A stretch of 64,000 nucleotides of DNA from Alphaproteobacteria bacterium (lineage in GTDB: Bacteria > Pseudomonadota > Alphaproteobacteria > UBA6615). The position numbers were made by a program, and so were the translations under genes. The notes under the pieces were generated by a model. The model ran no database searches. It was not told the DNA's origin and saw only the letters and a program-made list of their open reading frames with translations. The first letter of the stretch is position 1. Every line of letters starts with the position of its first letter. The stretch spans positions 143,687-207,686 of the forward strand of contig JAALLF010000001.1 of the NCBI GenBank assembly GCA_011087645.1. The letters run 5' to 3'. Shown piece by piece: positions 11,454-24,179 of this stretch.

Positions 11454-12605
11454 ATGGCAAAACCGGGCCACGCTGAGATTGCCGGCGCCGGCTTTGGCGG
11501 ATTGGTTGCGGCAATCGGCTTAGCGGACCGCGGCTGGAGCGTACGCGTGCACGAACGTCGCCATGCCCTGCACGCCGAAGGCTATGGCATCGCCATCCAA
11601 GACAATATGACCCTCATTTTCGCCGCGTTGGGCATCCTTGATGAAACTCTCGCCGGCGGCATGGAGATCGACCGCCGCGATTCTCTAAAAGGAAACGGCG
11701 AGGTCGTTTTGAGCCTTAAGAACGGTCTCGGCCGCTACCGGATCAGTCGCCGCCACATCGTCTCGTTACTCGCAAAACGCGCCGAGCGCTCCGGCGTCGA
11801 GATCGTTACCGGATCGACCGTTGTCGACGCGACACCGGACGGCGAGATCGTGCTCGAAGGTGGGGAAACGCATCGCGCCGATCTCATCATCGCCGCCGAC
11901 GGCATCAATTCCGTCATCCGCGAGTCCCTGCACTTGACGGCACGCCAGGTCTGGCAAAAGGAAGGCGGCGTGCGCATGGTCATCCCACGCTTGGCCGAGG
12001 ACATCGCGATCGACACGCGCGACGGCACGGCGATGATCGAGGCCTGGTCCGAGAAACGCCGCATCCTCTATTGTCCGAACTCGCAGACCGAGGTCTATAT
12101 CATTCTCACTTGTATGGAACGCGACACCGCCGGCCGAGCAACGCCGGTCGATGTCGCAGCGTGGCACCGCTCGTTTCCAACGATGGGTCCTTTGCTCGAG
12201 CGTCTATCGCGCGACACGGATTGGGATGAGTGCCGCTGGGTGCGCTTTCAGACCATTCGCCTGAAACGGTGGTCGGCAGGGCGCGTCGCTATTCTCGGCG
12301 ACGCGGCGCACGCGATGCCGCCCTATCTTGGGCAAGGCGCCGGCCATGCGATGATGAATGGACTAGGGCTAGCCGTCGCCATCGACGAGGCGCCGAACCT
12401 GGCCGGCGCTCTCGCCTTGTGGGAGCGCCGCGAACGTCCGTTGACTGAACACACCCAGCGTTGGACACGGGTTTACGGGTCGACGATATTTCTGCCCGAA
12501 TGGCTGAAATCCCTGGCGATCAATGCGGAGAAACACATTCCGTGGCTGGCCAACCAGTACGGCCGGGCAGCCCAACATATTCCGACCGGCTGCGACCCCG
12601 CCTAA
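11454..12605 (+). CDS. FAD-dependent monooxygenase, MHPCO (hydroxypyridine ring-cleaving oxygenase)-like
   Basis: AEIAGAGFGGL, IIAADG, GDAAHAMPPYLGQGAG; RILYCP and PVDVAAW..FP segments recall MHPCO. Confidence 0.8.
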   Translation: MAKPGHAEIAGAGFGGLVAAIGLADRGWSVRVHERRHALHAEGYGIAIQDNMTLIFAALGILDETLAGGMEIDRRDSLKGNGEVVLSLKNGLGRYRISRRHIVSLLAKRAERSGVEIVTGSTVVDATPDGEIVLEGGETHRADLIIAADGINSVIRESLHLTARQVWQKEGGVRMVIPRLAEDIAIDTRDGTAMIEAWSEKRRILYCPNSQTEVYIILTCMERDTAGRATPVDVAAWHRSFPTMGPLLERLSRDTDWDECRWVRFQTIRLKRWSAGRVAILGDAAHAMPPYLGQGAGHAMMNGLGLAVAIDEAPNLAGALALWERRERPLTEHTQRWTRVYGSTIFLPEWLKSLAINAEKHIPWLANQYGRAAQHIPTGCDPA

Positions 12606-12625
12606 ACATCGGCATCTATATCGCG

Positions 12626-15294
<2,669 letters not shown>

Positions 15295-15298
<4 letters not shown>

Positions 15299-16359
15299 GG
15301 CGACACCGAAAACGCTTCCAGCCCCGACAGGCGCATCGCCACGTCCACCTGGGGCGTCGAACGTGGTGACATACCATCGATCTTTGCCTTGATCGCGCGG
15401 ATATGGTCGGGCGTGGTGCCGCAGCAACCGCCGACAATATTGACCAGCCCGCTGGCCGCCCATTCGGACAAATAATCCGCGGTGCTGTCGGGCCCCTCGT
15501 CATACTGTCCGAATTCATTGGGCAGGCCGGCGTTGGGATATGCGCAAACTAATGTATCGGCCACTTGCGATATCTCCGCGATATAGGTGCGCATTTCGCG
15601 GGCGCCCATGGAACAGTTGAGGCCGACCGAAAAAGGTTTGGTATGGCGCACCGAATGCCAGAACGCTTCCGGCGTCTGTCCTGTCAGGGTGCGGCCCGAC
15701 AAGTCGGTGATGGTTCCGGAAATCATCACCGGAATGCGATAGCCGATTTCTTCGAATAATTCCTCGATACCGAACAGGCAGGCCTTGGCGTTGAGGGTAT
15801 CGAAGATGGTTTCGATCAGCAGCAGGTCGGCGTCGCCATCGACCAGTCCGCGCACCGCGTCTTTGTAGACTTTCCTGATCTCGTCGAAGCTAATAGCGCG
15901 AAAACCGGGGTCGTTGACGTCGGGCGAGATCGATGTGGTTTTATTAGTCGGGCCGATGGCGCCGGCGACCCAGCATTGGCGTCCGGGATAGGCCGCCATG
16001 GTGGCTTCGGCGGCCGCGCGGGCCAGGCGCGCGCCAGTGTGGTTGATCTCATAGACATAATTTTCGGCGCCGTAATCGGCCTGGGAGATCGACGAGGCGT
16101 TAAAGGTATTGCTGGCCACGATGTCGGCGCCGGCTTTGTAATAATTCTCATGGATCTCTTGGATAAATTCCGGCGCGGTGAGGTTCAAAATATCATGGTT
16201 GCCCTTCAGATCGTGGCCGTGATCGGCGAACCGCTCGCCGCGATAGGCCGCCTCGTCGAGATTCAGGGACTGCACCTCCGTCCCCATCGCGCCATCCAAT
16301 ACCAAGATGCGCTGCCCGGCGGCGGCGTGAAGAGCCGCAATACGCTCTTCGCGGGTCAT
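15295..16359 (-). CDS. metH: Methionine synthase homocysteine-binding polypeptide (split MetH part 1)
   Basis: LDGAMGT, GLNCSMG and [11 protein letters not shown] zinc ligands; ends RLSGLEAF. Confidence 0.93.
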
Positions 16360-17264
16360 CGCACCGCCTCCTGGCTGACAACGATCGGTGATTCAGCCGC
16401 CTCAACGCCGAGGTGCCGACATATCGCGACCGTCAATTCGGCGCGGTTTAATGTGTAGAAATGAAATTCGCGCACCCCGTGTGCCGCCAGTTCGAGGCAC
16501 TGGGTGCTGGCGAGCTGTTCGGCGACCCGCCGCACCGCGTCGGCATCGTCATCCAAACCGTCGAACGCCTGCGCCAGGGACGCCGGGATTGACGCCCCGC
16601 ATCCCGCCGCAAAGCGGCGGATGCCGTTGAAGTTGGTGACCGGCATGATGCCCGGGACCAGCGGCGCCTCGATGCCCGCCGCGGCCACGGCGTCGCGGAA
16701 GCGCAAAAACGCTGAATTGTCGAAGAAGAACTGGGTGATCGCACGGGTCGCACCGGCATCGATCTTGCGCTTCAGATTGTCCAAGTCGAACGCCACGTTC
16801 GGTGCGTCAGGATGAACTTCCGGATAGGCGGCAACCGATATCTCGAAATCGGCTACCCGGCGAAGCCCGGCGACGAGGTCGCTGGCATAAGCATAGCCGC
16901 CGGCGGCGGGTTGATACCCGGCGGCGCCTTCGGGCGGATCACCGCGCAGGGCCACAAGGTGGCGAATGCCGGCATCCCAATAGGCGCGCGCAACATCATC
17001 AACCTCCCCCCGTGTCGCCGCCACGCAGGTGAGATGCGCCGCCGGCGTCAGCGTCGTTTCACCCACGATCCGGGTCACCGTGGCGTGGGTCCGCTCGCGG
17101 GTGGTGCCACCGGCGCCGTAGGTTACGGACACGAAGGCGGGCTGCAGCGACGCCAGATGGCACACCGCATCCCACAAGGCGCGTTCAGCCTCTTCCGTCT
17201 TCGGCGGAAAGAACTCAAAACTCACCGAGACCTCATCCGTCCCCTGTTGGGAATTATTCGCCAT
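16356..17264 (-). CDS. metF: 5,10-methylenetetrahydrofolate reductase
   Basis: SFEFFPPKT, SVTYGAGG, ALRGDPP, ITQFFFD, HFYTLN. Confidence 0.97.
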   Translation of the reverse strand: MANNSQQGTDEVSVSFEFFPPKTEEAERALWDAVCHLASLQPAFVSVTYGAGGTTRERTHATVTRIVGETTLTPAAHLTCVAATRGEVDDVARAYWDAGIRHLVALRGDPPEGAAGYQPAAGGYAYASDLVAGLRRVADFEISVAAYPEVHPDAPNVAFDLDNLKRKIDAGATRAITQFFFDNSAFLRFRDAVAAAGIEAPLVPGIMPVTNFNGIRRFAAGCGASIPASLAQAFDGLDDDADAVRRVAEQLASTQCLELAAHGVREFHFYTLNRAELTVAICRHLGVEAAESPIVVSQEAVR

Positions 17265-17268
17265 CGTT

Positions 17269-18222
17269 CTATGCCGCGTTTTGGGCCGCGGGCGGCTGCG
17301 GCGAGCGGGTCTTCCAGATCGAGACTGTCAGCGGATCGCCGTCGAGATCACGCACCTCGATCACGTCGAGCCCGTGTTCGAGACACCATGCTTCGACCTC
17401 GTCGCGGGCAAAACCAAGCCGGCGGTGGGCGTGCTCGTCGCGCAGCTCTTCCATGGAATGGGGGGCGAAATCGACGATCATAAAATGGCCGCCCGGCGCC
17501 AACGCGCGCGCCGCTTCGGCAATAACATTGGCCGGCCGGTCGGAAAAGTGAAGGACCATATGAAGCACGATCAGGTCAAACGCCCCCTCCTCGACCGGCA
17601 ACTGGTACATGTCGGCCTGACGCAAGGTGCAATGGGCGTAACGCGGATCAGCCAGATTGGCGCGGGCGACCGACAGCATTTCGCGGGAAAGGTCGAGCCC
17701 CAACCCATGATCGACATGGCGATCGAGAAGCTGCAGAACCCGACCGGTGCCGGTACCAATATCGAGCAAGCTCTTCACCCGCTCTTGGGGCAACAGATCG
17801 ACCAGCGCCTGTTCGACCTCGACCTCGTCGACATGCAACGCGCGGATACGATCCCACCGCGCCGCGTTTTCGCCGAAATAGCTATTCGCCCTTTCGGCGC
17901 GTTCTTGCTTGATCATCTCGAGGCGCTGTACATCGCGCGCCATGGTGGCGTCGTCCTCGGGAATTTGCGCCAGCAACGCGCGCACCAAATCGGCGCCGAC
18001 TCCGCGCGGCGGCAGGTGGAAGAATGCCCAGGTACCTTCCTGGAACCGCTCCAGTAGACCGGCCTCACATAAAAGTTTCAGATGGCGCGACACCCGTGGC
18101 TGGCTTTGACCGAGGGTGCGCGTGAGCTCACCGGCGGTGAGTTCGCCGCGCCAACACAAGGCGAGGATACGTAACCGGGTCGGCTCCGCAACCGCGCGCA
18201 ATCCTGTAAGCAGTTGATCCAT
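17269..18222 (-). CDS. sahR: ArsR-HTH + SAM/SAH-binding methyltransferase-fold regulator (SahR)
   Basis: SQPRVSRHLKLL ArsR helix; LDIGTGTG methyltransferase motif; heads the metF-metH operon. Confidence 0.88.
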   Translation of the reverse strand: MDQLLTGLRAVAEPTRLRILALCWRGELTAGELTRTLGQSQPRVSRHLKLLCEAGLLERFQEGTWAFFHLPPRGVGADLVRALLAQIPEDDATMARDVQRLEMIKQERAERANSYFGENAARWDRIRALHVDEVEVEQALVDLLPQERVKSLLDIGTGTGRVLQLLDRHVDHGLGLDLSREMLSVARANLADPRYAHCTLRQADMYQLPVEEGAFDLIVLHMVLHFSDRPANVIAEAARALAPGGHFMIVDFAPHSMEELRDEHAHRRLGFARDEVEAWCLEHGLDVIEVRDLDGDPLTVSIWKTRSPQPPAAQNAA

Positions 18223-18276
18223 CTTGGTTTATCGCTACCGTCTAGAACTAAGGTCTTAGAGTTTTAACACTTAAAT

Positions 18277-18296
18277 ATATAACAATATCTTTATAT
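18277..18296. promoter_or_regulatory. Candidate SahR operator
   Basis: 20-bp imperfect palindrome ATATAACA-ATAT-CTTTATAT, about 55 bp upstream of sahR; resembles the recalled SahR consensus ATATAAAG-N4-CTTTATAT. Confidence 0.75.
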
Positions 18297-18584
18297 TACT
18301 TAGTGCAACGGAAAAATGAAACCCATTCCATTCTTACCAAATGGGTGATGCATTTTTGCAACATAAACGCCACCATGACGTTTTATCCCGCAAGGTTGCT
18401 GGCCTTACGAAATGACCTGTGGTAGCAGAAATACTAAGGTTTGGTGCGACATAGGCGTGATTCGCAGGGCGGATTAACACTCCGTCAATGTGACACGGGC
18501 AATGTGCGGCTCCGGCGCAACAGATTTGTGCCGACAGCTGGCGCCAATGCGCCAAAGAGTGACTGGTTGGATCAGGGGTTTTCG

Positions 18585-19382
18585 ATGCCGTTATTTAAGC
18601 GCGGATTTGGACGTATTCTCGGCATCGCATTGCTGGCGGGGGCATTAACGGCGTGCGCGGGTACACCCAACGACGATCCCAACGCGGCGGCCGAGGTCGA
18701 AATCAACGATCCTTTGGAAGTTCCCAACCGGTTTATCTTTGCCTTCAATGTCGGTCTGGATCAGCTTGTTCTTCAGCCGGCGGCGGTCACCTATCGCGAC
18801 TTGATGCCCGACGAACTCAAGGTGCCGATCGGCAATCTGATCACCAACTTGTTCATGCCGTTGAGCTTCCTGCACTCGATGCTACAAGGCGATTTCGAGC
18901 GGGCCGAACAAGCGGCGTCGCGTTTCGTCGCCAGCGCGCCGACATTATTTTTGAGCAATCCTTTCCCCGACCGCCAGCCGGTTTACGAAGATGCTGGACA
19001 AACGCTTGGCGTGTGGGGCGCTGGAACGGGACCCTACATCATGCTGCCCGTGCTGGGGCCGTCGAATGTTCGCGACACGGCTGGCACCATCGTCGATTTC
19101 TTCATCGATCCTCTGGGTATCGTGGCGGGTTCTGAAGCGACCATCGGGCGCGGCGTTGGCTCCGCCGTCCTGTCGCGTTCGCGCAACCTCGAGCAAGTGC
19201 GGGATCTGCAGCGTAACTCGGTCGATTACTATGCCGCGGTGCGCAGCCTCCATACCCAGCGTCGCGAAGCCGAAGTTAGGAATGGCGACCTTCAGCCAAC
19301 AAAGGCCGCGCCAACGATCGGCCTTGAGCTAGACTTTGAGCCAGCGCCAAAGCAGCAGCGTTCCGACGCAACGACACAGTAG
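18585..19382 (+). CDS. mlaA: MlaA/VacJ lipoprotein
   Basis: Lipobox LTAC; DPLEVPNRFIFAFN, EDAGQTLGVWG, GPYIMLPVLGPSNVRD. Confidence 0.92.
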   Translation: MPLFKRGFGRILGIALLAGALTACAGTPNDDPNAAAEVEINDPLEVPNRFIFAFNVGLDQLVLQPAAVTYRDLMPDELKVPIGNLITNLFMPLSFLHSMLQGDFERAEQAASRFVASAPTLFLSNPFPDRQPVYEDAGQTLGVWGAGTGPYIMLPVLGPSNVRDTAGTIVDFFIDPLGIVAGSEATIGRGVGSAVLSRSRNLEQVRDLQRNSVDYYAAVRSLHTQRREAEVRNGDLQPTKAAPTIGLELDFEPAPKQQRSDATTQ

Positions 19383-19387
19383 AAACC

Positions 19388-20014
19388 ATGCGCCTGCCAC
19401 GGTGGACATTCGCAATAGTCGGCCCCCTGGTTGCGCTTCTAGTTGCGGTAACGCCGGCCAACGCCGACCAGCATTTGGCGGCGTCATCTGAATTTATCCA
19501 ATCGCTGGCCGACCGTGCCATTACCACGCTGACCGCTGAGGGGCAGACCTCGGAAAAGCGACGGCAAGAGTTTCGCGGCCTATTTCGCGAAGGCTTTGCC
19601 ATCAACGGTATCGCGCGATTTGTTCTCGGCCGCTATTGGCGCGGCGCCACGGAAGCCGACCGTACCGAATATATGGTCCTGTTCGAGGACGTGATCGTCA
19701 ACACCTGGGCCGACCGCTTTTCAGAATATTCAGGCGAGAAATTCGAGGTACAACAAGCCATCGACGCCCCCAGCGCGCACCAAGCCGAACAGGTGGCCAT
19801 TGTCCGCAGTATGTTTTTCACCGACCCTCAAACACCGATCCGCATCGACTGGCGGGTGGCGAGCCGCGGCGACATCTACAAAATCACTGATGTCAGCGTT
19901 GAAGGCATCAGCATGGCCAACACCCAACGCGATGAATTCTCATCGGTGATCCGCAGCAACAGCGGTAAAATTAGCGCTCTGCTCGACATCCTGCGCAAGA
20001 AACGCGACGGCTAA
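19388..20014 (+). CDS. mlaC: MlaC/Ttg2D periplasmic phospholipid-binding protein
   Basis: Signal peptide; ARFVLGRYWR, IDWRV, DVSVEGISMANTQRDEF. Confidence 0.92.
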   Translation: MRLPRWTFAIVGPLVALLVAVTPANADQHLAASSEFIQSLADRAITTLTAEGQTSEKRRQEFRGLFREGFAINGIARFVLGRYWRGATEADRTEYMVLFEDVIVNTWADRFSEYSGEKFEVQQAIDAPSAHQAEQVAIVRSMFFTDPQTPIRIDWRVASRGDIYKITDVSVEGISMANTQRDEFSSVIRSNSGKISALLDILRKKRDG

Positions 20015-20059
20015 CGCCGGCGGCTTGCCGCACCGCGCGGCCGTGACTCTCTGTTAGCT

Positions 20060-21739
20060 TCAGACCTGCAAGGGCTTGTACTTAATCCGGCTCGGCTGAT
20101 CCGCGTCGGCACCGCGCCGGCGCTTATAGTCGACGGCATAGGCTTCGTAATTGCCCTCGAACCAGACGGCCTCGCTATCGCCTTCGAACGCGAGAATGTG
20201 GGTCGCAATGCGGTCGAGGAACCAGCGGTCATGACTGACGACGATGGCGCAGCCGGCAAAATCGAGCAACGCCTCTTCCAGCGCGCGCAGCGTATCGACA
20301 TCCAGATCGTTGGTTGGCTCATCGAGCAGCAACACGTTGGCGCCCGATTTTAGCATCTTCGCCAAATGGACCCGGTTGCGCTCTCCGCCCGATAACTGCC
20401 CGACCTTTTTCTGCTGATCGGTGCCGCGAAAATTAAAGCCGGCCACATAGGCCCGGCTCTGCACCGTGCGTTTTCCCAGTTCGATGACATCCAGGCCGTC
20501 GGATATCTCTTCCCAGACATTCTTATCGTCGGCTAGAGAGTCGCGGCTTTGATCGACATAACCCAGCACAACGGTCTCGCCGACCGTCAGTTTGCCGGCG
20601 TCGGGCACTTCCTGGCCGGTCACCATATTGCAGAAGGTGGTCTTACCGGCGCCGTTGGGTCCGATGACGCCGACGATAGCGCCCGGCGGAACCTTAAGGT
20701 CCAACCCGTCGATCAACATGCGGTCGTCGAAACCCTTGCGCAGCCCTTCAGTCTCGATGACCAAATCGCCCAAACGGGTGCCGGCGGGAATGGTAATCTG
20801 CTGCTTGTCGGGCGCCCGCTCGGCGCTCTCGGCGACCAGCTTGTCGAAGGCGTCCACCCGCGCCTTGCTCTTGGCCTGGCGGCCCCGCGGACCTTGGCGA
20901 ATCCACTCAAGTTCCTGGCGTATAGTGCGCTGGCGCGCGCTTTCCTCTTTTTCCTCTTGAGAAAGTCGGGTCTCTTTCGCTTCCAACCAGGCCGAATAGT
21001 TCCCTTCGAAGGGGATACCCTTGCCCCGGTCGAGCTCGAGGATCCAGCCGGCCACATTGTCGAGGAAGTAGCGATCATGGGTGACCGCAACGACGGTGCC
21101 GGGATATTCCGCCAGAAAGCGCTCGAGCCAGGCGACCGATTCCGCGTCGAGATGGTTGGTCGGCTCGTCGAGCAACAGCATGTCCGGGTTCGAGAGCAGC
21201 AAACGGCACAGCGCCACCCGGCGGCGCTCACCGCCCGACAGATTGGTTACGTCGGTGTCACCCGGCGGGCAACGCAACGCATCCATCGCAATCTCGATAC
21301 GGCGATCGAGTTCCCACGCGTCAGCGGCTTCGATCTGATCCTGCAATTCGGCCTGCTCGGCGATCAGCGCGTCCATTTCTTCGGGCGATAGCTCTTCGCC
21401 GAAACGCAGGCTCACCTCGTTGAAGCGATCCAACAGCGCTTGGGTTTCGGCGACCCCTTCCATGACATTGCCCAGCACATCTTTCGACCCGTCGAGTTGC
21501 GGTTCTTGCGGCAAAAACCCGACATTGATGCCGTCAGCCGACCAGGCCTCGCCCTGAAATTCGGTATCCTCGCCGGCCATGATGCGCAGCAGGGTCGATT
21601 TGCCCGACCCGTTCAGCACCAGCACGCCGATTTTGGCGCCGGGATAGAAGCTCAGCCAGATATCCTCAACCACCGGGCGGCCGCCCGTATAGGCCTTGGT
21701 GAGGCCTTTCATGACATAAACATACTGAGGCGTGGCCAT
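20060..21739 (-). CDS. ettA: Energy-dependent translational throttle ABC-F protein
   Basis: QYVYVM N-terminus, two ABC domains with LSGGE and LLDEPTN, C-terminal RIKYKPL. Confidence 0.96.
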   Translation of the reverse strand: MATPQYVYVMKGLTKAYTGGRPVVEDIWLSFYPGAKIGVLVLNGSGKSTLLRIMAGEDTEFQGEAWSADGINVGFLPQEPQLDGSKDVLGNVMEGVAETQALLDRFNEVSLRFGEELSPEEMDALIAEQAELQDQIEAADAWELDRRIEIAMDALRCPPGDTDVTNLSGGERRRVALCRLLLSNPDMLLLDEPTNHLDAESVAWLERFLAEYPGTVVAVTHDRYFLDNVAGWILELDRGKGIPFEGNYSAWLEAKETRLSQEEKEESARQRTIRQELEWIRQGPRGRQAKSKARVDAFDKLVAESAERAPDKQQITIPAGTRLGDLVIETEGLRKGFDDRMLIDGLDLKVPPGAIVGVIGPNGAGKTTFCNMVTGQEVPDAGKLTVGETVVLGYVDQSRDSLADDKNVWEEISDGLDVIELGKRTVQSRAYVAGFNFRGTDQQKKVGQLSGGERNRVHLAKMLKSGANVLLLDEPTNDLDVDTLRALEEALLDFAGCAIVVSHDRWFLDRIATHILAFEGDSEAVWFEGNYEAYAVDYKRRRGADADQPSRIKYKPLQV

Positions 21740-21936
21740 CGTCAGGCTCCGTCGAATTACGATTTATTGTGGCGACAGCACATAGGCCGCGGGCGAACGA
21801 AATGCAATGCTCTCGAACCACTAGCAGTCAAAAACGGCCCTCATCTAAAATCACACCTTGCATCGAAGGGTCCGGCCCCGCATGACAGTGCCAAGTTGAC
21901 GCGCGCCCAACGGCGCACGAGGAAATAGATAAACCC

Positions 21937-22962
21937 ATGAAGAAAATCGGCTTCCTGTCATTTGGACACTGGTCTCCCGCGCAGGGTTCGCAAACCCGCT
22001 CAGGTTCCGACGCGCTGCTTCAGTCCATCTACCTCGCCGTGGCCGCCGAGGAACTGGGCGCGGACGGGGCTTATTTCCGGGTGCATCACTTTGCCCGGCA
22101 ACTTGCGTCGCCGTTCCCGCTGCTGGCGGCAGTCGGCGCAAAAACCAGCCGTATCGAAATTGGCACGGCGGTGATCGATATGCGCTACGAAAACCCGCTC
22201 TACATGGCCGAAGATGCCGGCGCGGCCGACCTCATCGCGGGCGGACGGCTGCAGCTCGGTATCAGCCGGGGTTCGCCTGAGCAGGTTGTCGATGGCTGGC
22301 GATATTTCGGCTATCGGCCCGAAGATGACGACACCGATGCCGCCAACATGGCGCGGCGGCATACGGAGGTCCTGCTCGACGTGCTACGAGGCGAGGGATT
22401 CGCGGAGCCGAACCCGCAACCGATGTTCCAGAACCCCCCCGGCATGCTGCGCGTCGAACCGCATTCCGAAGGCCTGCGCGAGCGCATCTGGTGGGGCGCG
22501 GCCACGAACGCGACCTCCGTCTGGGCGGCGAAGCTGGGGATGAACCTGCAGAGTTCGACGCTCAAAACCGACGAGACCGGCCAGCCGTTCCACGTTCAGC
22601 AGGCCGAACAGATCCGGGCGTACCGCGCAGCGTGGAAGGAGGCTGGTCACGCCCGCGAACCGCGCACGTCAGTAAGCCGCAGTATCTTTGCTCTGGTGGA
22701 TGACCGGGACCGCGCCTATTTCGGGCGGGAAAGTCAGAGCGAGGATCATATCGGCTTTATCGACCCCAATACCCGCTCGATCTTCGGCCGCAGCTATGCC
22801 GCGGAACCGGACGTTCTCGTCAAAGAATTAGCAAAGGACGAAGCGATCGCTGAGGCCGACACCCTGTTGCTGACGGTGCCAAATCAGCTTGGCGTCGATT
22901 ACAACGCGCATGTCATCGAAGCGATCCTAACTCATGTCGCTCCGGCTCTTGGCTGGCGGTGA
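21937..22962 (+). CDS. Luciferase-like (LLM class) flavin-dependent oxidoreductase
   Basis: MKKIGFLSFGHW, RVHHFA, IEIGTAVIDMRYENP, LGISRGS. Confidence 0.9.
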   Translation: MKKIGFLSFGHWSPAQGSQTRSGSDALLQSIYLAVAAEELGADGAYFRVHHFARQLASPFPLLAAVGAKTSRIEIGTAVIDMRYENPLYMAEDAGAADLIAGGRLQLGISRGSPEQVVDGWRYFGYRPEDDDTDAANMARRHTEVLLDVLRGEGFAEPNPQPMFQNPPGMLRVEPHSEGLRERIWWGAATNATSVWAAKLGMNLQSSTLKTDETGQPFHVQQAEQIRAYRAAWKEAGHAREPRTSVSRSIFALVDDRDRAYFGRESQSEDHIGFIDPNTRSIFGRSYAAEPDVLVKELAKDEAIAEADTLLLTVPNQLGVDYNAHVIEAILTHVAPALGWR

Positions 22963-23035
22963 CGGACATTATCAAACTGAAATACGACTAGAGTATGCGT
23001 CCTGCAGTGCCGAAGCGGTAGCGCCGTCTGTGCCT

Positions 23036-23638
23036 CTACTGCCGGCCACCAAAGCGCCAGCGGTGGATTTCAACCTGCTCGTACAATCCGGCGTTCGTAT
23101 AAGGCTCGTCGGCCAAGAAGGCATCGACTGCCGCACGGTCTGGCAGCTCGATGATGAATTCGCTGCCGACCCAATCCTCGCCGTCATCCGACCAAAGCGG
23201 CCCGCGGGCGATGAATTTCTCCTGGTAGCCACGGTCGATGAAGTAGCGCCGATGGGCCTCCAACAAACCATCGCGAATGTCGCTCATGCCGGGCTTGCCA
23301 TGACCAATAATCAAAAAGCGCTGATTGGTGTCGGGGTCGCCCTCGAACTCCCACATGGTGCGCTTCATGGCATTGGTGCAGGGCCGCACGATGATTTCGG
23401 CATAGGCGCCTGCTTTGGCGAAGGGCTCGTCATGGCCAAAGACCTGCGCCGCCGCCGCGTCGGGTAAATCGACCATGTGCATGCTGCCGGTCATCGACGC
23501 GCCGTCGTCCGACAGGGTCGGGCCCCGGGCAATCATGGCATCGGCGTAGCGGTCCATGAATGCCCAGTGCTCTTCGACGATTGCCCGGCGGATCTCCGCG
23601 CCTTCCGGCGCGTCGCGGCAATAGAAGAAATACTCCAT
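23036..23638 (-). CDS. Tandem YciI-domain protein
   Basis: Two repeats of R...H..F/Y...ARGP..SDDG....GS...DEP(F/Y)..AG.Y. Confidence 0.85.
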   Translation of the reverse strand: MEYFFYCRDAPEGAEIRRAIVEEHWAFMDRYADAMIARGPTLSDDGASMTGSMHMVDLPDAAAAQVFGHDEPFAKAGAYAEIIVRPCTNAMKRTMWEFEGDPDTNQRFLIIGHGKPGMSDIRDGLLEAHRRYFIDRGYQEKFIARGPLWSDDGEDWVGSEFIIELPDRAAVDAFLADEPYTNAGLYEQVEIHRWRFGGRQ

Positions 23639-23650
23639 TGAGCGATCCGG

Positions 23651-24157
23651 CTAGCTATCCGCGCTAACCTTACCGCTCGCGCGGGCGGCTTTCTGCTGGT
23701 CCACACCGGACTTGCCGGCGTCGGTCTCGGCATCCCACTGGTTCTCGTGGGCGAGATGCTGGTTTTCGTCCCACTCGTGCTCGGTGCCCTCGCCCATGAA
23801 CACGCAAAATACTTCGCAGCCATCGGGATATTCGTAGGGCCCGTGGGATATATCGCCGCCGAAGACATAATCGCCGGCCCGCAAATCCTTGCCGGCGACG
23901 CACATACGGCCATCGAGCACACAGATCGAATGCCAGCTTTTGTGGCTGTGCTCGGGCTCCACATAGCCCGGCGGAAATTTCACCTTCATATCGACCCGTT
24001 TCATCACCGGGTCGTAATTCAGGATTTTTACCTTCACGCCCGGCGGCAGGGTCAGTATCTCGTTGGCGTCGTTGCCTTCTTTCCATTCGACTTCATGGTC
24101 GTGGAGGGCCACGAACACATGATTTCCGGTCTCCGCCGTCGTGGCTTGATCCGCCAT
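23651..24157 (-). CDS. Cupin-domain protein (ChrR/Cupin_7-like)
   Basis: FPPG...PEHSH...H...VLDG...AGDYVF...SHGP; start at ATG 24157 after GGGAGA RBS; the longer track ORF overlaps queG. Confidence 0.78.
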   Translation of the reverse strand: MADQATTAETGNHVFVALHDHEVEWKEGNDANEILTLPPGVKVKILNYDPVMKRVDMKVKFPPGYVEPEHSHKSWHSICVLDGRMCVAGKDLRAGDYVFGGDISHGPYEYPDGCEVFCVFMGEGTEHEWDENQHLAHENQWDAETDAGKSGVDQQKAARASGKVSADS

Positions 24158-24179
24158 ATTAGGGTCTCCCTTGGACAGT

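Noticed and set aside
15299..15463. N-terminal extension of the 945-aa MetH ORF, or a programmed frameshift
   Set aside because: It overlaps the Hcy-domain gene in another frame; the ATGA coupling explains the junction and no slippery site is evident
23651..24157. Cupin as a DMSP lyase (DddK/Q/W type)
   Set aside because: Its motif (HSH...WH, no H-x-H-x3-E-x-Y) does not match the recalled Ddd cupin motifs; left as a generic cupin
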